Assembly: GCA_903813345.2 (NCBI GenBank)
Contig: CAIIXF020000001.1
Span: forward strand, 806,001 to 870,000
Direction of reading: 5' to 3'
From: Owenia fusiformis
Lineage: Eukaryota
DNA length: 64,000 nucleotides
The position numbers and the translations under genes were made by a program. Below, piece after piece: positions 26,959 through 44,160 of this stretch. The notes beneath the pieces are model-generated. The model saw only the letters and a program-made list of their open reading frames with translations, was not told where the DNA came from and did no database searches. How positions within the stretch are numbered: position 1 is the stretch's first letter; each line of letters begins with the position of its first letter.

Positions 26959-28745
26959 TTTTCCTGGGGTTTGCATATTAGACCCCTCATGACTTACCTT
27001 TCCTTCTTTTTAATAGCATATTTGAGGTTTTCCACAATTTTAGCATCGATTAATAAAGTTGATTGATGCAATGTTAAAATTCTTTTAACAACCATGGTTT
27101 ATTCTTTCGACAACCAAAATTTTCACAATTATGTTCATTAACATAGTCATCCCAAAATATGCCATTCAAGACAGATTCAACCAACACTTTAGAAGCCAAT
27201 GACAATCTTCCCAACCAAAAAAATCAATATAAACAAGTGGTGACATCTATTTATTCAACTTAATTATAGCTACTCCCTTATTGGCTTAAGAATGAGGGTC
27301 CTTAAATAGTAGGTTTCACTTAATTTTCAGAATTTTTTGATGAATACTTAATGTATGATAGGGCACCAGAAAAACTGAATTTATTTTGAAAGTTGTTTTC
27401 ATTGTGAAATTACTTGACAATGAGATTCCAATTGAACAACATAATTTCATTTGCAAGTTCAGCATTCTGTCATTAGTTCCCCTAATAGTAGAAGTGGAGT
27501 TTTATCATTCATTACAAAAAATAGTTCATTTTAAAACTTTTGATTCCAAATTCAACCAAGGAATGTTGCATGATTCAAGGAAACAATGCATGAAATTGAG
27601 AAATAAATGAGGAAATAAAAAAAATAGTAAGATCTTCCATTGTAATGAACCTCTAGAGTCTTCCAGACCATCATTCAGACAACCAGACAAAGTTGGTAAA
27701 AAATAAAGAATAATATTATTTTTTGAGAGTTCATTTTATTCCTTTATTCATGTACCTTTGTACATTATACTAGTAATAATACTGTAACTTAGTTTGATTG
27801 AAAATATAATTCATTCATACAGCCATTATAACAGTATAAAATATATATTGCATATACATGTATATTATATTATGTACAACATTTCTACATAACCCAGTCC
27901 TTTACCATAAGAAATATATTTCAATTGTTAATAAATTAGTATTACAATTAAATAGAGTATTTACAATGCAAGATTGATAAATGGAGATTTCATTTTCTCC
28001 AGATCACAAAATGTATTATAATTTTGTATTTAGTCCTTGTAACCCCTCCCCCATATATACCACCTCTGTTACTCGCCTCAAGCTTGGAAATCCAGAATGA
28101 GATCGGATTTTCATTAAATGATATATGTCCTCATGTCTTCTGGTTATGCATATGCATAACATATAATTTATGCAATGATCTTAACATATGGAAATTTGAA
28201 GTCAGACTAAAAACTCTTGAGAACATTAGAATAAAAATGTGAACATAATTACTTCTAATAAATATAGACACTACAATGAGTAAGGTTTACAAAATTCTTG
28301 TAAATGTCTTCACCAGGTTGTTCAAAAAAATCATGAGAATGCTCTAAATTCTTTTATTCTTATTGTTTGCTTCTCATCTATAACCATGTGCATCACAAAG
28401 GATGCAAGGAATGACCTTTGACCTGATTAACCCTTGACCTGATTAGCTCAGTATTATCAACCTTAGCCCCAAGTAAACAAATCCAATGTTTGACATAACA
28501 TAGGATAATCAAAGTACAAAGAGATCTATGTCAAAACAGTGATTTGTAATTCTGTTGTAATTTTATGGTCAAGGTCTTTGAACATGCCTATTAATTACCC
28601 TGTCCAAAGTCTAGGGTGGCTTCAGTCAATTCCATAGTATCAACTTCTTACATGTCTGATAAGCAGTGAAGATCATAACAGGTACTCCTTTAATCCCAAT
28701 GTTGACTAAAACTCAGATAAATTGATAACACCTTACACAACATAT

Positions 28746-33382
<4,637 letters not shown>

Positions 33383-34146
33383 CTCTTGCAAATTACAAAA
33401 TAAAGTGGAGAGAAATTTTTACGTAAAGCTGCTACTCAAACCGGAAACCAAGTGAACGATCTTTAGTTATTGACCAATGAAATAGCTTGTTACATCGATT
33501 ACAAACAAGGAAGTGGACTATCGGAAAACAGCGTGCTGTTTAGTCTTTTCTCGAATGATAGTTTACGGTGAAAGCCCATCTGTTTTGGGCATCCACTTAG
33601 GCTATGTCTCTGTAGCTCTCTGTTCCATGGACCGAGGTCGATATAATTTTTAGATCTAAATAAAGATGGCATGGTAATCGATCTACGGGAGTTCGTTAGT
33701 CAAATTGTTAAAGTCCGCCAAACTGGCCAGAGACATGACCAAGCTAGTACTATAAGTATATAGCCGCTCCGGTAAATTTAGTACCATATGGGCATTGTAA
33801 ACCATTGTAAACCATTGTTCACTCCAAATAATTTGGGGAGGTATGTGCAGCACGGTCAATTTTAGCTTTGAGCATAAAACACTGGAAAGTCACAGTGGCC
33901 AATCTGAGAGGGAAAAACTGAAACATGGAAAATTGCCTAATTTTATATTAAATTCGTTAAATCAGTTGCTGAGGCCTGGAACAAATCACTAGAAACGTTG
34001 ATTTCTTAGTGAAATTGACATGGAAAATGCTCAAAAGGCCCGGGTCTTCGGGGCGGCACATCCTTGCTGCAAGGGTATTTTACAAGTATAATTGAATTTA
34101 GGCATAAATGAAGTCCTTTGAAGAAGGATGGGGCGGCAGGCATTAA

Positions 34147-36593
34147 AGGGAATGCGAAGTTTCATGTTCTAATTTATACGCTGACTACTTATAACCATCA
34201 TCTATCACTTCAGCTCACTCATTGGACATATCGTGTTTGAACTAATATATAATTCAAGTTCAAAGTACCCATATCTGGATCGCTGCGGATGCCGCCATTG
34301 TTATGTATCAATGACGTCATTGATGCCTTAAAATTGATGCCTGGGAAGTGTCGCACGTCATACTCGGATCGCAGAAATAGAACACATTTTACTGCTATTT
34401 TATAACTATTTCTGTCCGCTTAACATTGTTGCCGCATGTTCATGTCCATATCATATTATATATTTGGAAAGGTTGTTTCAGTATATTCTTCATAGAAATT
34501 GAATTGTTGCAATGTCTTTTTTCAAATGTTTGTATTTATTTTTTCCAATGTGATATAGTATTGGCTAGGTAGAAAAATCACTAAACTTATGAGATATCGG
34601 ATGCGCGATTCGGAATTTAATTGGTTTTGACTGAAAAGTCATCGCATTATATTCCACTTGAGAATATCCACAAGAATTATTTTATATAATGATAAGGTAT
34701 ACGTCGGCAAATAGGCAAACTGCTGCAATTGCGTTCTTACCTAATCATAAATGGTAGATTTCTTCAATCTGTAGTATTCTATTCAAATATGAATAGGTGG
34801 ATATTGGAGAATGAAAGAAATAAAACGAAAAGTAGTAATCCAATGAAACAGTAACTCCTTAAAGTGTTTAATCATTTAAATTCTGATGAAAAACGCAAAC
34901 AAAAAACGAAAAACCGACGTCGTCTAAACGATACTTATGTGAATGTCAATCTCCTAAATATTAAGATTGGCAATAGCTTTACAAGTACATGCCACTGTCA
35001 TATTTCAAAGAATAATACGTAATGTTTAACATTCAGTGATGCGGGGAGACGATGGGGTCGATTAGATATTTCATTTCAACGACGATAAGGCAATTGCCGT
35101 ATTGATAGTACGCCAATATTTTTAATATTTATTTTAATATATATTTATTTTTTGTTAAAAACAATTCCTGATTTCGAGCTCGAATTTAATTATATAACAT
35201 CCGTGGTAAGTACAGTTCTACAGTTTTTTCCAAATAATGATTTTCAATTTAATGGCATACAACCTTTTGTTTTTCCATATCGTTTCCTCTAAACTAAGTG
35301 GAGCTTTAAAAGCTTTAGTCACATTTGCTCAATGCGACCGCACGTCGACCGTATTTCCCTGAAATCAGTAAATTTTTGCGGCAAACATAGGAAAACTACA
35401 GTCGCCTTAATGTCACCTTGCGGTCTACGTACACGGCATATCAAGTTTTACAGGGCGTAGAGTCGGAGGGCGTGGTCACCGTAGATATCAACAAGCAGCA
35501 GCCAAACCGTAGGTCCCACGGCGGCCGTACGTCGGGTTCACGGTCGACTTGCGGCTGCGCTTGGATTTCATAGGTTACAATTGACCTTTCCGAACCATAG
35601 AACCCTTTGTGGATGCCTTCAAGAAAAACTACGCACATCGTAGGGCCGCCCTATGCCGATCGTGCGTCATCATATATCAGCCGTACGGGAATCGTTGTTT
35701 TTACTCATAATCAAAATACGCCGCTATCTTAGCAAATGTGACTGCTAAATTATCTGACTGCAGAAATACTTAGGCAACAGTAGAAATTTTACTTACCGCA
35801 GAAATGATAGACCGTACGGTCCCCGTAAAATGTGACGTGAGGCTAAGAATCCATGATAGTAATTGAATACGTTTCTAAAATTCAATTTTAAAATTGTCTG
35901 CAAATACTTGTGTTAAAGATAAACATAAATGCAATCAATATTAAAGTACGAACACGTATTTTTGTAATGAGACTAGCAAATTATTAAATCATCACCGGGA
36001 TTGCATTCTTGGAAGTTCAAGATGGGTTGGTTGAATTAATTTTATTATGTTTTATTAAAATAATTTGCATTCGCATGATAGAATAAGCATTCTGTGTTCG
36101 CATTTAGCGCTAGACCTAATGAAAGTTAAAAAGTCACGAATCCCAGATTATTTCAAGTGTAAATAACGAAAAAATGTAACCTGCATTCCATGTCTAGATA
36201 GGTAAAAAGCAATTCCGAAAATGCCGGCGTTAATATTCTATTGAAATCGTTCTTTATTATGGGTGGTATATACGTATTATTTTAGTTCCTTTAAAATGAT
36301 TTATTTGGTTTTGGAATGGCAACAACTCGGCATTTATTTTTTGATTCAAAAATGGCGCCACAAAACTTTGGGAATGCCAAGGCATCAATCTGGCATCAAC
36401 GACGTCATAACAATGTCGTAAAGAACCACTTTACGGTTGAAATGGCAGCTCCGTGGTCCAGTTCACATGCAAAACCCGGGGCTCAATAACAATTAAGGAG
36501 ATAATGATAGAACAATAAAATGAAGTTGGATTGAAAGATGTATCTTTATTCTAACTTATTATCAAGTTTAAGGGACAAAACTTCGCATTCCCT
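34147..36593. mobile_element. Non-autonomous Kolobok-like DNA transposon (TTAA target duplication)
   Basis: 16-bp TIR (AGGGAATGCGAAGTTT / AAACTTCGCATTCCCT) flanked by TTAA (34143-34146, 36594-36597). Subterminal inverted motifs ATGACGTC..TTGATGCC at ~34311-34345 and ~36375-36408. No long ORF. Confidence 0.8.
35311..35844. mobile_element. Degenerate GC-rich Harbinger-like MITE nested in the Kolobok-like element
   Basis: GC-rich island with imperfect ends (AGCTTTAGTCACATTT / AAATGTGACGTGAGGCT). It shares the GTCACAT terminal core with the 740-1315 MITE; the TSD is unclear. Confidence 0.4.
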
Positions 36594-36714
36594 TTAAGAA
36601 GTATATCGCATGGCGTAGAATAAAAGAGAGGTTAAGCACCCCGGGTTAAGCACTGAGACATCGTTTTTATGACGTTAACCGCAAACGTAAACCTTTACAT
36701 TCCCGTTTACGAAC

Positions 36715-39285
36715 TGTCACGACCCTCGTGTGGTAGCGTGGTTTGAGGGTCTTAAACAGAATACAGTCTAAGAGTCAATAGTTTGATTTGAATCTTAATT
36801 AATTTAGTTTCGGGACAAGTTCAAGTAAAAGTTGAAATGTGTATCCCTTTCTAATTGAACAACATCCGTGTTCACAGTATCATAACAAAATGGGATCAAA
36901 TTGGGATAAATTTTGCGATGAAAATTTAGGGATAAATTCTGGGATAAATTTTCCGATGAAAATGTAGGGATAAATTAGGGATAAATTCTGGGATAAAAAT
37001 AATTGGGATGAAGTGGGACAATTTCGGGATAACAGTTACGGGATAACAAAATCTGAATATAGACTAAGTAAGATTTGTCAGTTTTCAATGTAAGTTGTAT
37101 GTCTCATAAAGGCGAATGGCAACAGACTCCAGATTCTGAATGTGCCCAGTGTTCAGTTGTATCAAATAAGTATAATGTTAGGGTGTGAGTATAACCAGGT
37201 GGAAGTCCTAGCCACTTGAGGGCTACGATGGACTTCAAGCTGTATATTAAGCTCGCTGTTCACACTTAAGAACTAAAGTAGGGCCATTTCAAATCACAGC
37301 CTGTCAAACTCACTAGGGTGAATGAAATTCTCACTAATATTATCTGATTATCAATAAGACATGTAAGACAAGGGTTAAATAAGAAAGTAAGATCCTGGAT
37401 TGTACTTTAGCTCTGCACTATTGCATAGTTTCTGGGGAAATATATGTATGACTTATTGCGAGTGATTGTTATTCAAAGAAGCCCTTAGCAAATATGAGCT
37501 AAGATAAAGCTTGTTGCTTGAATGTTAGTATCACTAAAGTCACCTGGAATTTAGTCGGAATCTATTTTGAATCCAGAATCTACTTCAGATAAAATGAGGG
37601 GGGGGGATTTTCTAACATATATATAAAAAACAATCGAACACAACAAGTGATATTCTGTGGATTTTTATATAATGTATAAAAACGACTCTATTTCTATTTA
37701 TTAATCTACACAAACATTACACAATTCAGTACTGTCGAGATGGTATATCAAGTAAATAATCTCTCAAACCAAACATGCATAAAACAGCACAGTTAATGGA
37801 AGTTCAGTTAAACAATTTGCAATAAAGCCTACAACGTGTCTTTTTCCAAAAATGTAACTCAACAGTGCAATTTTATATCATCCCTGGTGGGGTTGAAATC
37901 AGCTCTCTATACCACTCACATGAAAAGTAGATAATCATTTTGCCACTATCAGACTATGGTACAATTGGCAAACAAATGGGAAACAGTATTTTAAAAGTAT
38001 TCTAGTATCTATAATGAATTAGAATGTGATTAACATAGAATTAGACCAGACATGGAAAACTAGAAGGGGAGGGGGTGTCTTAAGTCCGAAAATGGGGTTC
38101 GAATGACAATGACCCTTAAAAGTACTTCAATGATGTTTGATAATGGTCCCATAAGCCCGGGATTTCACCTTTTAATTACCCAGAATTTAACATACAAATA
38201 TACAAAGGAGTATTTCTAGTGTATCAATAAAATTTACCCTGTGAACAAACTAAATACAGTCCCAAATTGGATGGGGGGGGGGGAATGTCGTATAGAGGTG
38301 TCTATGAACCCCAGGAATTTGCAGTTGACTCTGGTTTAGAGCAAGTTACATAGGTACGTAAAGACCGTAACTTTTCGTACACCTTGTCAAATATTCCTAA
38401 ACGATTCCCTGTGGGGATGTTGTATAAAAGGTTTCAACGAACCCAGGGAACTTGCTTTCGACGCTGGTTAAAAAGTTACATAGGTTCTTTAAGACAAAAA
38501 CTCTGCGGGTAACTTTGTGTTAACCTTGTCAAATGTTCCTTAACAATCCCTGGGACAATTTAAACATGGGATGTTCACAAGGCAAATAAATAAAATTAAG
38601 GAAAAAATCAAGTGTACAGATACTTCTTTTCAAAGACCAGAACTCTGCAAAAATACAATTAAATCAAGTCAATTACCTTTACCAACTCGTACACCTAAGT
38701 TGGTTTACCTGAGGCAATATAAATATCCAATTTTAGTGACGATTTAATGTTTAAAATTCCACAAAATGTTTTCCATGTCTGGCCGGCTTGAATTCGAATC
38801 ATAAAAGCCCAGAAAAAGACAATTCACTTAAATCGTGCTTATTTACTTAAATCAAGCTTAATAAGCCTCACTTTGGATTTTGAAACAAACCCAGACAACT
38901 GCCCTTTCTAAAAAGTTTGTAACATAACATTAAAAATGAAACTGGGCCTACAACATTCACATTAAAGTCTTATTATGAACAAAATATATATGTTGACATT
39001 AATCCTGTAAATAATATTACATTAAAATCACAAGAGAAGGTTAGTAAAAATAAATATAAATATAAATATAGAGTAAAATGATTAAACTCTAACCATACTT
39101 TAAGAGTATAGCCAAAGTAGAAATACTGACTACCCTTTTACAGAATTTAAATTATTTTATAACTCTTTAAATATTGAGTAACTAAAAGCACAATTGATAA
39201 AGTGAAGAGCAAAAAGTTGAACAAAGTGACAATCCTTCAAGGCAATTCCATTACCATGCTCAAAGTAATCTGAAGGATCGTCACA
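36715..39285 (-). repeat. LTR 1 (2571 bp; 3'-most on the element strand)
   Basis: TGTCACGA...TCGTCACA. Differs from LTR2/3 by at least 2 SNPs, an 8-bp insertion (~37345) and poly-G lengths. Confidence 0.93.
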
Positions 39286-39298
39286 CTGCTCCCTCTTT
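39286..39298 (-). other. Polypurine tract (also at 47612-47624)
   Basis: Minus strand reads TTCGAGGACGAACTGTTTTT-AAAGAGGGAGCAG directly abutting the LTR TG. Confidence 0.8.
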
Positions 39299-40989
39299 AA
39301 AAACAGTTCGTCCTCGAACTATGAAATTATAAAGATGAAAAATCATAAACAAACACATTACCTAAAATAAGCATTTCACACATCATTTACAACATAGTAC
39401 TTAGTAAAGGAATTGATAAACATATATACACAATAAAGTTTTAATGTATAATCAGTTTACTACTTAATAAACGTAAGTCTAAATCAAATACAATGTTAGT
39501 TTACACTTTTCTCGATTTCTCACCTGAAATACATAACATAAAAAGGCTTGCATAATCTAATAAACAATCACGTTTAATTACAAAAAAATGTCTCTAGCAG
39601 CATCAGTGTCTTTCATCTTTCTCTTGTAGGTCATGGTTCTTGTGAAGGGTTGAAGTAATATCCATACTTTCTGCACTAAGTTTATCAAACATTCTTACCA
39701 TCACATTCATTGATGATACAGTCATTGTCACTGGTTTCCCACTATAATAGGGGAATGTGTTTAGTATTTGGCATGGTCTCTAGTACAATATAAAATTGAG
39801 ATTGTCAGCCATTCTTTGTGTCCTTCCTCAAAATGCAGAGTCATCACAAAGCTGCAGAATCAATTCTCATACGTATAGGGTACATGTCTCTGTTCATAAG
39901 CCTTAATTCCCAATATCGTCGCTTCATGGGGTACACCAAATAAGTCACGTTAATCGAACAGCAATCATGATAGTGTTCATCTGTTCAGATTACTTTTATA
40001 TAGCATAGTGTACAATATTCATTAGGTTGAAGGTCATCACTTGGTTCATGCTGGGCTGGAATAAAAGTTTTACAGTCCTGGAAATAAGACTGGTTGTTCA
40101 CATAGTACAATAATACATTTTGAATATCACACATGTGATATGAATTGGCCAAAAAATAAAGGGTTATCAAATGAAATTGAATCAATCAAACGTATCTTCA
40201 AGATATATCCTTTCACAAACAGTTTCCAATTGGAAGGATTCAGATAATATCTCATAACATTTGTACTGAGAATGATTCAACTTCAGTCACCATTGCCCTT
40301 TTGGTACAAAGGCAGTTAGGGAGGCGAGGTAGGATTCAAACTTAATGGGCACATCCATTGCAGTGGATGGGGTCACAAGCTGGGACAGTTGCTTGAAAGT
40401 GGAACTGGGGGTATGAGGGGAACCTACAGTCAGTAGTAGGGAAACACTTCAAAGAGGAAATGGACAGAGCTCTTGTCCATCGTGGCACTCACCCCCAGAG
40501 GGTCACAAGTTCGTCCACCTCATTTAAACAGAAGCAGGGACAAAACTATAATATTGCAATGTCCTTTGGATTTCAATAGACCTGTTCCTCAAAGCGTAAA
40601 CAGGCTTCGTGTCTGTAAACATTGGTTGATCAGGCCAATGTTCACAATGAACCCCATTGCTTGAGTAAAGCAGGTCACTGGTAATCCAGAACATATCGAC
40701 AATCAAATAATGCCCTGTCTGTGGTCATGTCATCACTACCACTGAGCATTGTAGTTTAAGCTTATCAGGAATCAAAGCTTCAACAGCTCAGGACATCTGG
40801 TAGACATAAGATGAGAAACATCAGGAATGGGACAGGAATGCTTCAGTAAAGAAAAATAAAATTAGTTTTTTTCTCTTACATTCACATCAAACACATATCG
40901 TTTCACCAGCCACTCTTTGGAAGGATATGATGTACCTGTGGTGGCTTGGACTTACTTTACAGATACATTCATGCAAGTTATCTTAAAAG

Positions 40990-43900
40990 CTAACTTAGCC
41001 TACCCTTAAGGGAGGGGCAGGCATTTACACAGTGAGTGTCCTGGGCACAATAGAAGCATACTGTTGCTCCAGGAACTTTGGAGTTTGGATGTCTTTTGGT
41101 ACAATCAAATACTGAATGACTCCCAGAGTCACATATTTTACAGTATTTTCTTTTCAGTTTGGAATCAGGTTTCTTCTTTGTTATAGTTTGAGTCAGATTT
41201 CTGGCTAAAGCCTTTATCTTTTGTTCAACTATTTCCATCACATCACTCTCAGAAAGAGATAATGAGGTAGATGAGTTAACCTGAGCAGGAGTTGGAGTAG
41301 CACATATACCAGGGTCTTGGAAACTTTCAAGTCTATTCTTTCTTCCCCTGAAGAAAGCCTCATATTGTAAAGCCATGGTAAGAGCTTCATTGAGGGTTTT
41401 AGGGTTAGAAAAAGAAAGCTTGGATTCCAGTTCTTCATTATTCAAAGCATCAATGAAGGCCTGTGTAGCTAGGTCATCAATTGTCTTCTTTGACATGCTT
41501 GACATCCCAAAAGCTTGTCTTGACAATTTTCTTATATCATGGGCTAACTTTTCAAGAGGCTCATTATTTCCCCTGAACTTATGTTTAAGCTCGGCACGGG
41601 CATGGTTACTTTGTTCAGGGGGTTCATAGTTAATTTTCAGGACATTTATGATATTAGCTAAGGTTGGCAGGTCTTCATCATCCAAATCATCTAAAACATT
41701 GACAGCCTCTCCTTCAAGACTCCTCACCATAAAGATGGCAGATTCTTCATCTGTCCAACCATTTATGTTAGAGACAAGTCTAAATTGGATAAGAAAAGCT
41801 GAGAGACTGCACTTTCCATTGAAAAGTGGTGCTTTCATTTCCTTTCTAGAAAACGAATTACCTCTTCTTTGCTTTTCAACTCCAGTATAGGATTCCTGAT
41901 CAGATGTATTAGGACTGGATATAAACAGATCATTGGGTTTTTCAATCTGTCTGTAGAGACCAGGGGAACTTGGATTCACTTTTGATCTACTCATAACTGT
42001 AGATCTAAGGGTTGGAAAACTATTTTCCACAGCAGATTCATACTCATCAGAATTATTCATATAGTAAAATGGCCTTTGGCTTGTTTTTGTATGGTAAGAT
42101 GGGCATTTCATACTATATTCGACATTATCTGGGTCAGAAAAGTCAACAGCGGTTTCATATTCTGGAGAGGGGAATAGTGATTCAGCTTCAGAGGATCTAG
42201 TATAATCCTCATTTACCCTCTGTTTGAAGGAGAATTGTTGACAAGGTGTGTACCCATTACTAGCATCCTGGGCTGATATCTCATAGGAGGGCAAGGCACT
42301 TCTGTTATGGCCAGGTATTTGACCATCAAGCCATGAACGTGTCTCCAAATGTGAATCATATGTTTGATCAACACTTTTGGGTAGACAATATGGCTGTCTG
42401 CAATTGGCAGAAAACTCAGTGCTTTGAGATGATTTGTCTGATAAACTGAACATATCAGATTTATCAACAACTTGGATTTTGCAAGGAGGGGATTTACTAG
42501 ATTCACATAAAACTCCATCATTAGGCCTCTTTAAATCTTGTCTACAAAGGGTACTTTCGGGTTGATGCATACATTCATAACTTTTAGACTTAATGTCCGA
42601 GAATGGAACAGTCTGCTCAGTTAAAAATTCAGCATGTTTCAACTTGTTAGGTTCACTTAATTGAGTAATCTCTTTTGTTACTTTAGGGACATTTGGAAGC
42701 TGGAAATCCCTGTTGAGATCATACGACTCATCAAGTGATAGTGCCTCTTTAGGCAAACCTCTTGTGTATTTAAGGTCATTACACATTGAGAGTGGTATTC
42801 TATCAGATGGGATCAGTAAAGAGCTTTGCAAAGTCTGTTTTAACAGTTCACTCCAATATGCTTCCTGGAGCATGTCACTCTCATGAGGTACTGGTAGCAC
42901 CGGAGGAAGGGGTGGAACCTGGTAGTTGACTTGCACATCCTTTACTACTCCCATTTTGCTAGAATGACCTAACAAATCATAGTTTGGCTTTGTATAGTTA
43001 TCTTTTCTCTCTTGTTTGACATTAATTGGGGACTTCAGTGTCAAATCACGGGAATGAGAGAAATCTGGGGTCTTTGGTCTAAATCTGGGAATGTCAGTTA
43101 TTTTAATTGGGGGAAGTAAGGGTCTAAATGGAGAGGACTGAAATTTGTTTGGCCAGCTCTGTGGCTCACTTTTCTGATTCGCAGTTGGTAATAGAGGAGA
43201 AGTATGCATTGAATGTTTGCTTGGGTTTGAATCAGAAAAACTGCCATGACTTGCAGATCTTCCATGAGTAGAAACCTTTGTGGATGTCATTAAACCCTGT
43301 CCAGACTTTCTACCAGCTGTATGAGTAGATGCACTGGACGGCTTACCAGGGTAAGCATGAGGGTGTGTTTGGACATCTAAGGGTTTTCTAGATTGGAATG
43401 TTCCCCTTGTTGACAGTTTTTCCAATGGCTTTTGCAATTCAGAGGACTTTACAATTTGAGAATCACTTTTCCTTTCATACTTAGGGTGTAAAATTCTTTG
43501 ATCATTAGGCCCTAAATCCGTTTTTAAATAGGGGGCTAAACTGAGGGGTGAAAAAGCTTGTTTAGCAGTAGCTCCTGTTCCATAGGCTGGAAGAGGCTTT
43601 AAAGGAGATGTTTTGGATAGCATTCCCCCATAAGCACCTATCAGGGGTTCCCTTTCATGGAACCCAGGTGCACCAGTTATGGGGGGTTCATATGCCCCAC
43701 CTCTACTACTCACACTTTTTTCACCATTTTTTGAAAATACCAAATTCATGTCACTTTTTGGGTCTTTAGTCTCCTGCTTAACCATTTTAAGCAGGGGATT
43801 AAACAACCTACCCTTGGGAAGTTGTCTAGGCATATCTAACCGAAATTTAGGAATGCTCGTCAATTTGACAGGCGGAGAAACCTTAAAATATGGTCTCTTT

Positions 43901-44142
43901 AATTGGGGTGGTGTAGTTGCTGATGATTCAAGTGGAAGTGTATCGTCTTGAGCCAATTTCAACTCTTGTTCATTAAGGTGTTGATGGCCCAATACAACTT
44001 CAGAATCATCAAACCACCCGGGGACAATATTGTCAAAAGCTTCCGCCTGTGATTTTTGGCTAGATAAGGGTCTTTCAGTGGATTCGGACATGGCTAATGG
44101 GGTGCGCTTTGCGAGATTAAAGATGTCCGACTTTTCCGACAT
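40990..44142 (-). CDS. Giant Gag-like protein (1050 aa), copy 1
   Basis: Intronless ORF. C-terminal Gypsy-like capsid region (PLFNGK..L..FLIQF...NGWTDEE...L.GEA; F..AL....L...L....PKTL.EA...A) and two CX2CX4HX4C knuckles (CKICDSGSHSVFDC, CFYCAQDTHCVNAC). Confidence 0.9.
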   Translation of the reverse strand: MSEKSDIFNLAKRTPLAMSESTERPLSSQKSQAEAFDNIVPGWFDDSEVVLGHQHLNEQELKLAQDDTLPLESSATTPPQLKRPYFKVSPPVKLTSIPKFRLDMPRQLPKGRLFNPLLKMVKQETKDPKSDMNLVFSKNGEKSVSSRGGAYEPPITGAPGFHEREPLIGAYGGMLSKTSPLKPLPAYGTGATAKQAFSPLSLAPYLKTDLGPNDQRILHPKYERKSDSQIVKSSELQKPLEKLSTRGTFQSRKPLDVQTHPHAYPGKPSSASTHTAGRKSGQGLMTSTKVSTHGRSASHGSFSDSNPSKHSMHTSPLLPTANQKSEPQSWPNKFQSSPFRPLLPPIKITDIPRFRPKTPDFSHSRDLTLKSPINVKQERKDNYTKPNYDLLGHSSKMGVVKDVQVNYQVPPLPPVLPVPHESDMLQEAYWSELLKQTLQSSLLIPSDRIPLSMCNDLKYTRGLPKEALSLDESYDLNRDFQLPNVPKVTKEITQLSEPNKLKHAEFLTEQTVPFSDIKSKSYECMHQPESTLCRQDLKRPNDGVLCESSKSPPCKIQVVDKSDMFSLSDKSSQSTEFSANCRQPYCLPKSVDQTYDSHLETRSWLDGQIPGHNRSALPSYEISAQDASNGYTPCQQFSFKQRVNEDYTRSSEAESLFPSPEYETAVDFSDPDNVEYSMKCPSYHTKTSQRPFYYMNNSDEYESAVENSFPTLRSTVMSRSKVNPSSPGLYRQIEKPNDLFISSPNTSDQESYTGVEKQRRGNSFSRKEMKAPLFNGKCSLSAFLIQFRLVSNINGWTDEESAIFMVRSLEGEAVNVLDDLDDEDLPTLANIINVLKINYEPPEQSNHARAELKHKFRGNNEPLEKLAHDIRKLSRQAFGMSSMSKKTIDDLATQAFIDALNNEELESKLSFSNPKTLNEALTMALQYEAFFRGRKNRLESFQDPGICATPTPAQVNSSTSLSLSESDVMEIVEQKIKALARNLTQTITKKKPDSKLKRKYCKICDSGSHSVFDCTKRHPNSKVPGATVCFYCAQDTHCVNACPSLKGRLS

Positions 44143-44160
44143 TGTTGATTACAGTTAATG

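Larger units (their letters stand above)
21660..27000. mobile_element. ISL2EU-type Harbinger transposon locus (ends not defined)
   Basis: A Harbinger-type transposase paired with a YqaJ gene is the known ISL2EU gene content. No clean TIR/TSD pair was found, so the boundaries are approximate. Confidence 0.75.

Noticed and set aside
39299-40989. Possible pol or env remnant after gag
   Set aside because: Only short ORFs (60-66 aa) with no D(S/T)G, YxDD or integrase motifs visible. A highly decayed remnant cannot be excluded without HMM searches.
40990-44142. Domesticated host Gag gene (Arc/PEG10-like)
   Set aside because: It is still enclosed by near-identical LTRs with PPT and TSD, so it is part of a recent insertion.
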